This document shows positions 40,792-51,351 of a stretch of 64,000 bases of DNA, one piece after another. The notes under the pieces were generated by a model that had not been told where the DNA came from, did no database searches, and saw nothing but the letters and a program-made list of their open reading frames with translations. The position numbers and the translations under genes were made by a program. Every line of letters begins with the position of its first letter. Positions within the stretch are counted from its first letter, which is position 1. Origin of the DNA: Alphaproteobacteria bacterium (GTDB taxonomy: Bacteria > Pseudomonadota > Alphaproteobacteria > MPNO01); NCBI GenBank assembly GCA_965248835.1, contig CBDFLJ010000002.1, positions 1,344,001 through 1,408,000 on the forward strand, read 5' to 3'.

Positions 40792-41556
40792 TCAATAGCC
40801 GACGATGACCTCGCCGCTGTTCGGGCTGACGACCTGACCGGTGATCATCTCGGATTCGTCGGACGCGAGCCAGGCGACCGCATAGGAGATGTCCTGCGGT
40901 TCGGTATAGCGGCCGAGAGGCATGGTCTCCTCGCGTGCGCGGATCTGGGCCTCGGTATTGCTGCCCCTTGTCATCTCGGTCAGCACGAAGCCCGGGGCCA
41001 CGGCATTGACGGTGATCCGGTGCTGGGCAAACTCACGCGCCCAGCACTTGGTGAAACCGGAGATCGCGGCCTTGGCGGCGGCGTAGTGTGAGGCGAGCGC
41101 GCTGCCGCCCATCGCGTAAATCGAGGAGATGTTGACGATCCGGCCGTAGCGCCGCTCGATCATCGCCGGCAGCACGGCCTGGGTGGCGAAGAAGCTGCCG
41201 CGGACATGGACCTCGAACATCTCATCGAAGAGCCCAGCGTCGATTTCTTCGATGCGGCGCCGCGCGCCGCCGACCCCGGCGTTGTTGACCAGGATGTCGG
41301 GCGGCCGGAGGGCGGCGGCGGCCTCTCCGATTCCCGCCTGGAGTGCCGGGACGTCCCGCATGTCGGCTTGCAGCGCATGCGCGCGCCGGCCCGCCGCGCG
41401 CACCATCTCGGCGGTCTCCTCGACCCCCGCCGCCTTGATGTCGTGGACGATCACGTCGGCGCCGCGCTCGGCCAACAGCACCGCGTGGCTGCGTCCCATC
41501 CCGCCGCCCGCTCCGGTGACCAGCGCGGTCCGCCCTTCAAGCGAGTTCTTTGCCAT
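40792..41556 (-). CDS. SDR family oxidoreductase
   Basis: ATG at 41556; TGAGGGMG, NNAG, YAAAK, NAVAPG. Confidence 0.9.
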   Translation of the reverse strand: MAKNSLEGRTALVTGAGGGMGRSHAVLLAERGADVIVHDIKAAGVEETAEMVRAAGRRAHALQADMRDVPALQAGIGEAAAALRPPDILVNNAGVGGARRRIEEIDAGLFDEMFEVHVRGSFFATQAVLPAMIERRYGRIVNISSIYAMGGSALASHYAAAKAAISGFTKCWAREFAQHRITVNAVAPGFVLTEMTRGSNTEAQIRAREETMPLGRYTEPQDISYAVAWLASDESEMITGQVVSPNSGEVIVGY

Positions 41557-41582
41557 GTCCGTAGTCCTTTCCGTCTGTCCAC

Positions 41583-42344
41583 TCAGATCCCGACGATGGC
41601 CACGCCGCCATTGGGCGACAGCACCTGGCCGGTCATGAATTCGGCCTCCGCGGAGGCGAGCCAAGCGACGGTATAAGCGATCTCGACCGGTTCGGCCAAA
41701 CGGCCCAGCGGAACCTCCGAGCGCATCGCGGCGATCCGCTCTGCTCCGATGCTGCCCAGCGTAAGGTTGGTTTCCACCAGGCCGGGTGCGACCGCGTTGA
41801 CCGTGATGTTGAACGGCGCCAGCTCGCGCGCCCAGGACTTGGTAAGCCCGGAGATCGCCGATTTCGCAGCGGCGTAGTGCGAGGCGAAATCCACTCCGCC
41901 CAGGGCGAAGGTGGAGCTGATGTTGATGATCCTGCCGGCCCGGCGCTCCTTCATGCCCGGCAGCACCGCCTGGGTGGCAAAGAAGGCGCCGCGGACATGG
42001 ACCTCGAACATCGCATCGAACGTCGCGACGTCGATGTCGGCGAGCCCGAACCCCTGGCCGCCGATACCCGCATTGTTCACCAGCACGTCGATTGCGCCAT
42101 AGTCCCGTTCGGCGGCGGCGATGGCGTCCTTCAACGCATCGACGTCGCGGAGATCGACCACCAGGACATGCGGCTCGGTCCCGGCCTCGCGGACCAGGGC
42201 GGCGGTCTCCCCGGCCCGGCCGCGATCGATGTCGTGGACGATGACGCGCGCGCCGCGCTCGGCCATCAGCACCGCGTGGGCGCGTCCCATGCCGCTGCCC
42301 GATCCGGTGACCAGCGCGGTTTTTCCTTCGAGTGAGCCGGTCAT
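41583..42344 (-). CDS. SDR family oxidoreductase, paralog of the adjacent SDR
   Basis: ATG at 42344; TGSGSGMG, NNAG, YAAAK, NAVAPG. Confidence 0.9.
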   Translation of the reverse strand: MTGSLEGKTALVTGSGSGMGRAHAVLMAERGARVIVHDIDRGRAGETAALVREAGTEPHVLVVDLRDVDALKDAIAAAERDYGAIDVLVNNAGIGGQGFGLADIDVATFDAMFEVHVRGAFFATQAVLPGMKERRAGRIINISSTFALGGVDFASHYAAAKSAISGLTKSWARELAPFNITVNAVAPGLVETNLTLGSIGAERIAAMRSEVPLGRLAEPVEIAYTVAWLASAEAEFMTGQVLSPNGGVAIVGI

Positions 42345-42427
42345 CCTCCACCCCTGTTTCCGACGGCTGTCGGCGGTTATTGTCCGTCGCCGCTCCCGCC
42401 GCAACAAGCCTGCGCCCGCGCCAGAAT

Positions 42428-43480
42428 ATGCCCCGCCCGTCCGCCAGATCCGTCACGCTTGCCCTGACCGGCCTTGCCGCCGCCTTTGCCGGCGGCTGGG
42501 CGTTCGATGCGCTGGCGACGCCGATCCCGTGGCTGCTCGGCCCGCTGTTCGCGGTTGCCGGAGCCAATCTCGCGGGTCTGCGGATCACTTGCCCGCCAGG
42601 CGGACGTCAGCTGGGCCAGATCCTGATCGGCACGGCCATCGGGCTGCGGTTCACGCCGGACGTCACCGCGATCGTGCTCGGCCAGATCCATTGGATGGCG
42701 GCGGCGGCCCTAGCGGCGATCCTGTTGGGCGGGCTCGGCGCCTGGATCCAGACCCGCATCGCCGGGCTGGATGTGCCGACGGCTTTCTTCGGCTCGGTGC
42801 CCGGCGGGATGGCTGAAATGCTGGCGCTGGGCGACCGCTTCAGGGCGGAGCCGGTGGCGCTTGCGCTGTCCCAGACGGTACGGGTGGGCATCATCGTGGT
42901 GACGGTGCCGGTGGGTCTCACCTATTTGGGAGAGGCAGGTGATGCCATCTTCCTGCCAACGGTGAGCGCGGTGGACTGGCAGGGATTGCCGCTGTTGCTG
43001 GGCGGGACGACGGCAAGCGCCTTGATCCTCAACCGGCTGGGCATGACCAACGCCTGGATGCTGGGTGCGGCCGGCTTCGCTGCGGCGATCACCATCGCCG
43101 GGATCGAAATATCGAGCCTGCCCGGATCGCTCCTCATTCTCGGCCAGCTTCTGATCGGTGCAGCACTCGGCGAGCGCTTCGACCGCGAGCCGATGCGCCG
43201 CGCGCCGCGGGTGATCCTGGGGGCGGTGCTTTCGACGGCCGTCCTGATTGCCGCCGGCATTCTGCTTGCGCTGGGCATATCGGCCGCCTCCGGGATCTCG
43301 GCCTCGACGATGATCGCCGCGACTTGTCCCGGCGGCCTGGTCGAAATGAGCATCACCGCCCAGGTGCTGGCACTCGGCGTTCCGCTGGTGACCGCCTATC
43401 ACATCATGCGGATCATCATGATCACGGCCGTCACGCTGCCGCTGTTCCGGCTGGCCGGGCGTTACTATCCGCTCGCCTGA
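42428..43480 (+). CDS. AbrB (AidB regulator) family duplicated membrane protein
   Basis: [32 protein letters not shown], second half AWMLG...PGGLVEM. Confidence 0.85.
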   Translation: MPRPSARSVTLALTGLAAAFAGGWAFDALATPIPWLLGPLFAVAGANLAGLRITCPPGGRQLGQILIGTAIGLRFTPDVTAIVLGQIHWMAAAALAAILLGGLGAWIQTRIAGLDVPTAFFGSVPGGMAEMLALGDRFRAEPVALALSQTVRVGIIVVTVPVGLTYLGEAGDAIFLPTVSAVDWQGLPLLLGGTTASALILNRLGMTNAWMLGAAGFAAAITIAGIEISSLPGSLLILGQLLIGAALGERFDREPMRRAPRVILGAVLSTAVLIAAGILLALGISAASGISASTMIAATCPGGLVEMSITAQVLALGVPLVTAYHIMRIIMITAVTLPLFRLAGRYYPLA

Positions 43481-44211
43481 TCGGCGACGGCCCGGGCAGC
43501 CGCGCGCACGGCCTCCTCGTCGGCCAGATAGCGGCTCGATATCACCCTCAAATCGCTGCCGATCTCGTAGACCAGCGGTATCCCGGTCGGGATGTTGAGC
43601 TCCAGAATCGCCTCGTCCGAGATACCGTCCAGATGCTTGATCAGGGCGCGCAGGCTGTTGCCGTGGGCGGCGACGATCACCGTCCCGCCTTTCGCCACCG
43701 CGGGCGCGATGCGATCGTTCCAATAGGGCAGGACCCGGTCCAGCGTCGTCGACAGGCTCTCGGAGTCCGGCAACGCGGCCGGCGGGACGTCGGCATAGCG
43801 GCGCTCGAACCGCGGATGGCTCGGGTCGTCGCGGTCGAGCGGCGGCGGCGGCGTGGCATAGCTGCGCCGCCAGATCTTGACCTGGTCGTCGCCGTATTCG
43901 GCCGCCGTCTCGGCCTTGTTCAACCCCTGCAGCGCACCGTAATGGCGCTCGTTGAGCCGCCAGGACCGCTCGACCGGCACCCACATCTGATCGAGCTCCT
44001 CGAGGATGATCCACAGCGTGCGGATCGCCCGCTTGAGCACCGAGGTAAAGGCGATGTCCAGCCTCACGCCCTCGCCCGTCAGCACCCGGCCCGCCGCGCG
44101 TACTTCGGCGACACCAGCGTCCGACAGATCCACGTCCACCCATCCGGTGAACCGGTTCTGGAGGTTCCAATCCGACTGGCCGTGGCGGACTAGGATCAGC
44201 TTTGAGGTCAC
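43465..44211 (-). CDS. gpmA: 2,3-bisphosphoglycerate-dependent phosphoglycerate mutase
   Basis: [46 protein letters not shown]. Confidence 0.97.
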   Translation of the reverse strand: MTSKLILVRHGQSDWNLQNRFTGWVDVDLSDAGVAEVRAAGRVLTGEGVRLDIAFTSVLKRAIRTLWIILEELDQMWVPVERSWRLNERHYGALQGLNKAETAAEYGDDQVKIWRRSYATPPPPLDRDDPSHPRFERRYADVPPAALPDSESLSTTLDRVLPYWNDRIAPAVAKGGTVIVAAHGNSLRALIKHLDGISDEAILELNIPTGIPLVYEIGSDLRVISSRYLADEEAVRAAARAVADQASG

Positions 44212-44404
44212 CGTGAAATCCCCGTCTCTCGGCTCGGCTCATGCCCGGGCCGGCCGCAACCATATACCGCCCCGGATTCGCTATCGATTGCAAATTCGGC
44301 CCGCCGCAGCGGGGCGTTCCTGCCCGCACCTGGATTTCGCCGCGAACCTTTCCTATCCTTCGGCGCAGGCGCCGCCTGCGCCGATTTAGCTGAGAGGGCA
44401 CGAC

Positions 44405-46015
44405 ATGGCGATGGGGTTTCGCGAGGCGATCCAGACGCAGCGCGCCGCGGGCCGGCTGATCGATATCGACCGTCCGGTCGACATCCGCTACCTCGGCACG
44501 CTGATCGAGGAGTCCGAACAGGCGCTTCTGTTCAACAACGTCGCCGGATACGACATGCCCGTCGTTGCGGGCATCATGAACAGCCGCGAACGTATGGCGC
44601 TGGCTTATGGCTGCGCGTTCGAAGAGATCCAGGCAAAGCTGCGACAGGGCGTCGCCAAGCCGATCCCGCACGTCGAGGTCAACACGGGGCCCGCACGCGA
44701 GGTCTGCTACCAGATCGGCGAGGAGGTCGACCTTTTTTCGCTCCCTGTACCGTTGTTCGCGCAACTCGATGGCGGGCCGATGATCACCGCCGGCGTGACG
44801 ATCGCGCGCGACGGCGCCGACGGGCTCAATGCGGGCGTCTACCGCTATCTGATCCGCGAAAAGAACCTAACCGGCATCGATCTGGTGACTCCCAACGACC
44901 TGCGGCGCATCGCCGAGAACAATACGGTGGCGGGTAGATCGACGCCGATCTCGATCAGCATCGGCACCGATCCGGCGGTCACGCTCGCGACCAGCTACCG
45001 GCCGCCGGTTGGCGTGGACGAGATCGAGATCGCCGGCGGCATCATCGGCGATGCGGTGCGTTTGACGCCCTGCCAGACGATCGACGTCCCGTGCATCGCC
45101 GACGCCGAGATCGTCCTGGAGGCCGAGATCCTGCCCACCGGCTGGACCAGGCCCGAGGGCCGGTTCGGCGAATTCACCCGAATCATGGGTGCCCTGCACT
45201 GGAACCCCCATATCCGCATCAATGCCGTCTATACCCGCAAGGATCCGATCTACTGGGCCTTGCATACGCCGTGGGAGGTCTCCTGGCTCTCGGCGGTGAT
45301 CCAGGAAGCGTCGCTGCGCCGCTCGCTATACGAGGCGAACATCGACGTCAGCGCGATCAACGTCACGCCCGGAGGCACCTGCTACTTCCACGCCATCATC
45401 GCCATCAGAGCCCGGGTGGGCGACGGCAAACAGGCGATCCATGCCGCCTTGTCGGGCGATGATTTCAAGCATGTCGTCGTGGTCGACGACGACATCGATG
45501 TCTTCGATCCGCTGGAGGTCGAATGGGCGATCGCGACCCGGGTGCAAGCGGACAAGGATGTCGCGATCCTTTCAGGCATGCGCACAAAGCCGCTCGATCC
45601 CAGCCTGACCCTGGTCACCGGCCGGATGCCGACCACCGGGAAGATGGGCATCGATGCGACCATCTCGCCGGACATTCCGCGTGCCCGCTTCCAGCGCATC
45701 GCCTATGCCTTCGCCGAGGATGTCGAGGTTGAAAGTTATTTGAGCCAGAGCAACGGCACGGTCGAGGACCCCGACGCGGTCGACCTCGACGCGTTGGCAG
45801 CCGAGATCCGCGCCGTCGTCGCGGAGGCGCCGATCTACTATTCCGAAATCCTCGAGCGCTTCTGGGCCAAAGGCTTCCAGAATACGAACCGGGCGGTCGG
45901 CCGCCTCCACCAGACCGGCGCGCTATGGCAGGACGAGGACGGCCGGATATGCCTGGCGGAGTCTCCCTTCGCCGCAGTGCCGCCGGCCTCGAAGCTGACC
46001 AACCGCAGCGAATAG
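44405..46015 (+). CDS. UbiD family prenylated-FMN (de)carboxylase with C-terminal extension
   Basis: VDLFSLPVP...DGG..IT.G, N.G.YR, EIVLE, EGRFGEF, VDDDID, WAIATR, KMGIDAT. Confidence 0.88.
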   Translation: MAMGFREAIQTQRAAGRLIDIDRPVDIRYLGTLIEESEQALLFNNVAGYDMPVVAGIMNSRERMALAYGCAFEEIQAKLRQGVAKPIPHVEVNTGPAREVCYQIGEEVDLFSLPVPLFAQLDGGPMITAGVTIARDGADGLNAGVYRYLIREKNLTGIDLVTPNDLRRIAENNTVAGRSTPISISIGTDPAVTLATSYRPPVGVDEIEIAGGIIGDAVRLTPCQTIDVPCIADAEIVLEAEILPTGWTRPEGRFGEFTRIMGALHWNPHIRINAVYTRKDPIYWALHTPWEVSWLSAVIQEASLRRSLYEANIDVSAINVTPGGTCYFHAIIAIRARVGDGKQAIHAALSGDDFKHVVVVDDDIDVFDPLEVEWAIATRVQADKDVAILSGMRTKPLDPSLTLVTGRMPTTGKMGIDATISPDIPRARFQRIAYAFAEDVEVESYLSQSNGTVEDPDAVDLDALAAEIRAVVAEAPIYYSEILERFWAKGFQNTNRAVGRLHQTGALWQDEDGRICLAESPFAAVPPASKLTNRSE

Positions 46016-46055
46016 GCCCCCTCAGCCTTGCGCCGCCGGCGCCAGCGGCGTGCGC

Positions 46056-47060
46056 TCAGGGTTGAAGCACGATCTTTCCGAAGACCTCGCGGTCGATGAG
46101 CTGCTGGATCGAGGCGGCGGTCTCCGAAAGCGGGCGGACCGCGTGCAGGACGGGCTTGATCTCGCCATCGACCACCATGCGCATCATCTCGGCCTGGTCC
46201 TCCATCGTCCAGGCGTTGCAGCCCAGGATGCTGATCTCGTAGGTCCAGATGTAGCGGACATCGTTATCCGTGGCGTAGCCGGCCGAGGCGCCGCAGGTCA
46301 GCATACGGCCGCCCGGGTGAATGATCTTCAGGCACTCCAGCCAGGTGTCGCCGCCTATGTAGTTGACCACGACGTTGACGCCGCCGCCCTCGCCCATGCG
46401 CGGTTTGCCGTAAGTCTCGTAGACGAATTCGCGGACGTTCCGTTCGGACGTGTTGATGACGTGATCGGCGCCGATCTCCCGCAAACGCTGCATCTTCCAT
46501 TCCGCGCTGCCGCAGGCAATGACCTCGCAGCCTGCGGCATGGGCGAGCTGCACGCAGGCGGTGCCGACCCCGCCGGTGGCGCCGAGGACGAGCACGGTCT
46601 CGCCCTTTTGGACACCCCCCCGGGTCACCATCATGCGCAGCGCCGTGCCGTAGGCGATGGGCAGGCTGGCCGCCTCCACGTCGCCGAGACCATCCGGGAT
46701 CGGGATCATGTAAGCGGCGGGGATGCGGACGAGCTCGCAACAGCCTCCCAGCCGGCTTTCTCCGATCATGCCCTCGCCCTTGATCAGAGGGTATAGGCTG
46801 ACCCGGTCGCCGGGCTTCCACTGCTCGGGGTCGACGTCGGCGCCGAGCGCGACGATCTCCCCTGCGATGTCGCCGCCGGGGATCATCGGCAACGGCGTGC
46901 GCAGTGCCGTCTCCTTCCTCAGGATCATGGGCTCGAAGCCGTTGAGCGCCACGGCGTTGACCTTGACCAGGCAGTCGCCGGGGCCGATCTGCGGATCGGG
47001 GAAGTCCTCGATCCGGATGTTTTGGGTCGAGCCGTGCTCGTGGAAGACCGCGGCCTTCAT
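46056..47060 (-). CDS. MDR-superfamily quinone oxidoreductase / zinc-binding dehydrogenase-like protein
   Basis: ATG at 47060 (GGAGGAG RBS); LPMIPGGD..G, AASLP.AY.TA, GATGGVG, GADHVIN, FGKIVL. Confidence 0.88.
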   Translation of the reverse strand: MKAAVFHEHGSTQNIRIEDFPDPQIGPGDCLVKVNAVALNGFEPMILRKETALRTPLPMIPGGDIAGEIVALGADVDPEQWKPGDRVSLYPLIKGEGMIGESRLGGCCELVRIPAAYMIPIPDGLGDVEAASLPIAYGTALRMMVTRGGVQKGETVLVLGATGGVGTACVQLAHAAGCEVIACGSAEWKMQRLREIGADHVINTSERNVREFVYETYGKPRMGEGGGVNVVVNYIGGDTWLECLKIIHPGGRMLTCGASAGYATDNDVRYIWTYEISILGCNAWTMEDQAEMMRMVVDGEIKPVLHAVRPLSETAASIQQLIDREVFGKIVLQP

Positions 47061-47228
47061 CTCCTCCTCCGTCCGTGTTCCCCCGTGAGGGTGCCGATGC
47101 GGTCCTGGTATATCATTCCGCCCGCAGGCAGGCGATGCAGCGCGCCGCTTCGGGTTGCGTCTTGTCCGCGGCGGGATTCTGAGCAAGATTTTCCCGCCCA
47201 TTCCGATCCGGCGACGGCAGATACCGCG

Positions 47229-48749
47229 ATGGCCCCCACGAATCTCGGCGACCTGATTGATCGAACCGCCGATCCGCACAAGGTCGCGGTCATCGACCTG
47301 TCCGATGCCGCCGACCCGGTCGAAGTCACCTATCGTGTCCTCGCCGAGCGAACCGATGCCATCGCCCGGTCGCTGCGCTCGCGGGGGTTCGCCCGGGGCG
47401 AGGCGGTGGCAATCCTCGCCGCCAACAGCGCCGATTATCTGTGCGCCTATTTCGGCATCATGCGGGCCGGGCTGGTCGCGGTGCCGCTCGGCTTCAAGTT
47501 TCCCGCCGAGACGATCCACTACATGCTGGCGGACTGTGGTGCCCGGCTGGTGTTCGCCGACGCCGAACGGGCCGCGCTGTGCCCCGGCGGCATACCGCTC
47601 GTCCGGTTCGGCAACGACGGTCCCGAAGGGTTCGAGGCCGCGCTTCAGCCGGGTCCGTTCGCGTGTGTCGACACCGGCCAGGATGATATCGGCATGATCC
47701 TTTACACCTCGGGTTCGACCGGTCGGCCCAAGGGTGTGCCGCTCACCCACGCCGGGCAGCTCTGGGTGATCAACAACATAATGGGCGAGAACAGCGATTT
47801 CCGCCGCCACCGGTTCCTGATCGCGGCACCGCTGTATCACATGAACGGGCTTTTGATGTCGAAGCTCGTCGCGGCCAGCCACGCGAGCGCAGTGCTGCAG
47901 CCGCAGTTTCGCGCAGCGCGCTACATCGAGGCGATCGAGCGCTACGGCTGCACCTATCTCACGTCGGTTCCCACCATGATCGCCCTGGTCGCCAAGGAGA
48001 CGGCGCTGCTGGCGAAGACGGATCTCGGCTCCGTCGAGACGGTCTTGATGGGGTCGGCACCGCTCACCCAGGCGTTGATCGACAAGGTTCACGAAATCTT
48101 TCCCGACGCGGCCACGGCGAATTCCTACGGCACCACCGAGGCGGGCGCGGGGACTTTCGGCGCCCACCCGGACGGTCATCCCCGGCCGGAAATCGCACTC
48201 GGCTATCCCGCGCCGGGTGTGGAGGCGCGGCTGGTCAACGACGAGGACAAGGATGCCGAGGAGGGTGTGCTGCACCTCAGGACGCCGGCCCGGATGAGCG
48301 GATATCTCAACCTTCCCGAACGGACGGCCAGGAGCGTCGATGCGGACGGCTGGTACGACACCGGCGATATCATGCGCCGCGACGGGCTGGGCTTCTTCTA
48401 TTTCGTCGGCCGGGCCGACGACATGTTCGTCTGCGGCGGCGAGAACGTCTACCCGGGCGAGGTCGAGAAGCTGCTGGAACGCCATCCGGCCGTCCACCAG
48501 GCCTGCGTCGTTCCGGCCGAGGATGCCGTGCGCGGCCAAAAGCCGGTAGCCTTCGTCGTCGGCGCGCCGGGGACGACGATCACCGAGCAGGAGGTCAAGG
48601 CGTTCGCTCTCGCCAACGGCCCGCCGCACGCGCATCCGCGCAACGTCGCGTTCGTGGCCGCCTTGCCGCTCGCCGGCACCAACAAGATCGACCGCGGCGC
48701 GCTCATCAAGCGCGCCGCGGTCTATGCCGAGCGAGAAGGTCCCCGGTAG
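47229..48749 (+). CDS. Class I adenylate-forming enzyme (acyl-CoA synthetase)
   Basis: YTSGSTGRPKG, SYGTTE, WYDTGD, GRADDM...GGENVYP.EVE, NKID. Confidence 0.92.
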   Translation: MAPTNLGDLIDRTADPHKVAVIDLSDAADPVEVTYRVLAERTDAIARSLRSRGFARGEAVAILAANSADYLCAYFGIMRAGLVAVPLGFKFPAETIHYMLADCGARLVFADAERAALCPGGIPLVRFGNDGPEGFEAALQPGPFACVDTGQDDIGMILYTSGSTGRPKGVPLTHAGQLWVINNIMGENSDFRRHRFLIAAPLYHMNGLLMSKLVAASHASAVLQPQFRAARYIEAIERYGCTYLTSVPTMIALVAKETALLAKTDLGSVETVLMGSAPLTQALIDKVHEIFPDAATANSYGTTEAGAGTFGAHPDGHPRPEIALGYPAPGVEARLVNDEDKDAEEGVLHLRTPARMSGYLNLPERTARSVDADGWYDTGDIMRRDGLGFFYFVGRADDMFVCGGENVYPGEVEKLLERHPAVHQACVVPAEDAVRGQKPVAFVVGAPGTTITEQEVKAFALANGPPHAHPRNVAFVAALPLAGTNKIDRGALIKRAAVYAEREGPR

Positions 48750-48928
48750 TCGCCGCGCCTGCGCACGGCTCGACAGGTGCGGACTGGCAACGGCACGTCC
48801 GAAACCCGGCCGTTTCCACCCCAGAAGATGGCAGCCGGTTCAGCCATGTCGTTGCCGGGACGCCATCCCCGAAAACCCGCTCCGTCGCCAATCGCCGGGC
48901 GTGGGCGCCCGCCGGCTTACCCGGCGCC

Positions 48929-49702
48929 TTACGGATCCGGCGGGCTGTCGGGCGATTCGTCGGTCGGATCGCCGCCCAGCGCCGCCAGCGCCTCCTTGAG
49001 GTCGGCAAGCCCGGTCCGGAGCAGCGCGGGGTCGGTGCCGCGCAGGACCACGCTCACCCCGAAACGGCGCTGGCGCATTGCCGGATAGCTGCCGATGTCG
49101 ATCGAAGGATAGCGGTCCTGGAGGGCGCCAAGCGCTTCGGCGATCGCACCCTCGGGCAGGTAGACATGGACCGCCCTGGCCTGGACCGGCGTGCCGCCGA
49201 CAAGCTGGTGCTTCAGCCCGTCGAACATCGCCCGCATGATCTGGGGCACGCCGGCCAGCACGTAGACGTTGCCGATCCGATAACCCGGTGCGGCGCTCAC
49301 CGGGTTGGAGACCAGTTCGGCCCCTTCGGGGAAGGTCGCCATGCGCATCCGCGCCTCGTTCATCTCGCCGCTCCGCATGTAGGATTGCAGCAGGGCGACG
49401 ATCTCGAAGTCGCGGTACATGCCGACGCCGAACGCCTCGGCGACGCATTCCGAGGTGATGTCGTCATGGGTCGGCCCGATGCCGCCGGTGGTGATCACGT
49501 AGTCGAATCCGGCCTTGGTCTCGCGCAGCGTAGAGACGATGACCGCGCGGACATCGGGGATGACCCGAACCTCGCGCAGCCGGATGCCGATCTCGTTCAG
49601 GCCCTTGGCCAGGTAGTTGATGTTTCTATCCTGAGTCCGGCCCGAGAGGATCTCGTTGCCGATGACCAGGACGCAGGCGGTGACGATCTTCTCTTCGGAC
49701 AT
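48929..49702 (-). CDS. Competence/damage-inducible CinA-like molybdopterin-binding domain protein
   Basis: VIGNEILSGRTQD.N, TTGGIGPTHDDIT, N.VS.APG, AGVP, IGSYP. Confidence 0.9.
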   Translation of the reverse strand: MSEEKIVTACVLVIGNEILSGRTQDRNINYLAKGLNEIGIRLREVRVIPDVRAVIVSTLRETKAGFDYVITTGGIGPTHDDITSECVAEAFGVGMYRDFEIVALLQSYMRSGEMNEARMRMATFPEGAELVSNPVSAAPGYRIGNVYVLAGVPQIMRAMFDGLKHQLVGGTPVQARAVHVYLPEGAIAEALGALQDRYPSIDIGSYPAMRQRRFGVSVVLRGTDPALLRTGLADLKEALAALGGDPTDESPDSPPDP

Positions 49703-49793
49703 CGCGCCCCCAAGCGGAAGAAAAGGCCGGGCATACTTATCAGCCGGTGTAGGATGAGGCCAGTGCCGGCCGAGACCACGGAGCGACCAGCCG

Positions 49794-50492
49794 ATGCGTT
49801 TCCCTGATCCGCTGGTTCGGGGTGAATTGATCAAGCGCTACAAGCGGTTCCTGGCCGACGTGCGGCTGGAGTCCGGCGAGGTCGTGACCGCTCATTGCGC
49901 CAACACCGGCTCGATGGAAGGGGTTTGCGCGCCGGGCTCCGAGGTCTGGCTGTCGCCGGCGCGCAATCCGAACCGCAAGCTGCGCTATAGCTGGGAGATG
50001 ATCCGGGTGGGCGCGAGGCTGGTCGGCATCAACACCGCTCATCCCAATGCGATCCTCGCCGAGGCGATCGCGGCCGGGTCGATCCCGCGGCTGGCGGGCT
50101 ATCAGACCATCCGGCGCGAGGTGCGCTACGGCCGGAACGCGCGCATCGACATCCTGCTCAGCGGCGGCGGCCGGTCGGACTGCTACGTCGAGGTCAAGAA
50201 CGTCCACCTGAAGCGCGGCGATACCGCCGCCTTTCCCGACGCGGTGACCGCGCGGGGGACCAAGCACCTCATCGAGATGGCGCGCCTGGTGGATGCCGGG
50301 CTCGATGCTTTGATGGTCTATGTGGTCCAGCGCGAGGATTGCGCGGCGTTCGGCATCGCAGACGACATCGATCCGGTCTATGCCGAAGCGCTCGCGGCCG
50401 CGCGCAAGGCAGGCGTCGGCGTGATCAGCCATGCCTGCCGGCTGAGCCCGGAGGCGATTGAACTGGACCGGCCGCTTCGGCTCGCCCTATAA
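49794..50492 (+). CDS. sfsA: Sugar fermentation stimulation protein SfsA (nuclease fold)
   Basis: KRYKRFLADV, AHCANTGSM, YVEVKNV, FPDAVT.RG.KHL. Confidence 0.95.
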   Translation: MRFPDPLVRGELIKRYKRFLADVRLESGEVVTAHCANTGSMEGVCAPGSEVWLSPARNPNRKLRYSWEMIRVGARLVGINTAHPNAILAEAIAAGSIPRLAGYQTIRREVRYGRNARIDILLSGGGRSDCYVEVKNVHLKRGDTAAFPDAVTARGTKHLIEMARLVDAGLDALMVYVVQREDCAAFGIADDIDPVYAEALAAARKAGVGVISHACRLSPEAIELDRPLRLAL

Positions 50493-50500
50493 ACGGACCC

Positions 50501-51325
50501 ATGAACGACCCTTGGGCGGCCACCGAAGACCTGCGGGACCCTTCGCCCCACATCCCGCTTTACGGGCCGGAGGCGTTCGCGGCGATGCACCGCGCCGGCC
50601 GGCTCGCCGCGGAGGTGCTGGACTTCATCACGCCCCATGTCGTCCCCGGCGTGACCACCGGGCGGATCGACACGCTGTGCCACGACTATATTGTCGCGCA
50701 CGATGCGGTCCCCGCCCCGCTCAACTACCGCGGCTTTCCCAAATCGGTCTGCACCTCGGTCAACCATGTCGTCTGTCACGGCATCCCGGGCGACAAGGTC
50801 CTGCGCGACGGCGACATCGTCAATATCGACATCACGGTGATCCTCGACGGCTGGCACGGAGATACCAGCCGCATGTTCCCGGTCGGCAAGGCCGGCGTCA
50901 AAGCGCGCCGGCTGTGCGATGTGACCTACGAATCGATGATGCGCGGGATCGCGGCGGTGCGCCCGGGCGCCACGCTGGGCGACGTGGGCCACGCGATCCA
51001 ATCCTTCGTCGAGGCCGAGCGATTCTCGGTGGTGCGCGATTTCTGCGGCCACGGGCTGGGGCGGATCTTCCACTGCCCGCCGAGCGTGCTCCACTACGGC
51101 CGGCCGGGACAGGGGGTGGTGCTCAAGGAGGGCATGTTCTTCACCATCGAACCGATGGTGAATGCCGGCCACTACGAGACCAAGATCCTGTTCGACGGCT
51201 GGACGGCGGTGACCAAGGACCGCTCGCTGTCGGCGCAGTTCGAGCATTCGCTCGGCGTGACCGCGGACGGCTGCGAGATCTTCACGCTTTCGCCCTCCGG
51301 GCTGCACAAGCCGCCCTACGACTGA
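50501..51325 (+). CDS. map: Type I methionine aminopeptidase
   Basis: CTSVNHVVCHGIP, NIDIT...HGDTSR, GHGLG, FTIEPM, SAQFEHS. Confidence 0.97.
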   Translation: MNDPWAATEDLRDPSPHIPLYGPEAFAAMHRAGRLAAEVLDFITPHVVPGVTTGRIDTLCHDYIVAHDAVPAPLNYRGFPKSVCTSVNHVVCHGIPGDKVLRDGDIVNIDITVILDGWHGDTSRMFPVGKAGVKARRLCDVTYESMMRGIAAVRPGATLGDVGHAIQSFVEAERFSVVRDFCGHGLGRIFHCPPSVLHYGRPGQGVVLKEGMFFTIEPMVNAGHYETKILFDGWTAVTKDRSLSAQFEHSLGVTADGCEIFTLSPSGLHKPPYD

Positions 51326-51351
51326 GTTCGAAGACTGACAGGGAGACCGCC

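Noticed and set aside
43465-44211. gpmA as a supplier for 3PG-F420 synthesis
   Set aside because: Ordinary glycolytic enzyme 9 kb away, and the CofC motif appears to be the canonical Gly type
46056-48635. Apparent 859-aa fusion upstream of the MDR oxidoreductase, and similar extensions at 35589..37838, 40792..42588 and 50458..52188
   Set aside because: The extensions overlap real genes in other frames or strands; proper internal starts exist at 47060, 36723, 41556 and 51352
48750-48928. Possible small RNA in the convergent gap after the acyl-CoA ligase
   Set aside because: No recognisable promoter, terminator or conserved RNA motif by eye
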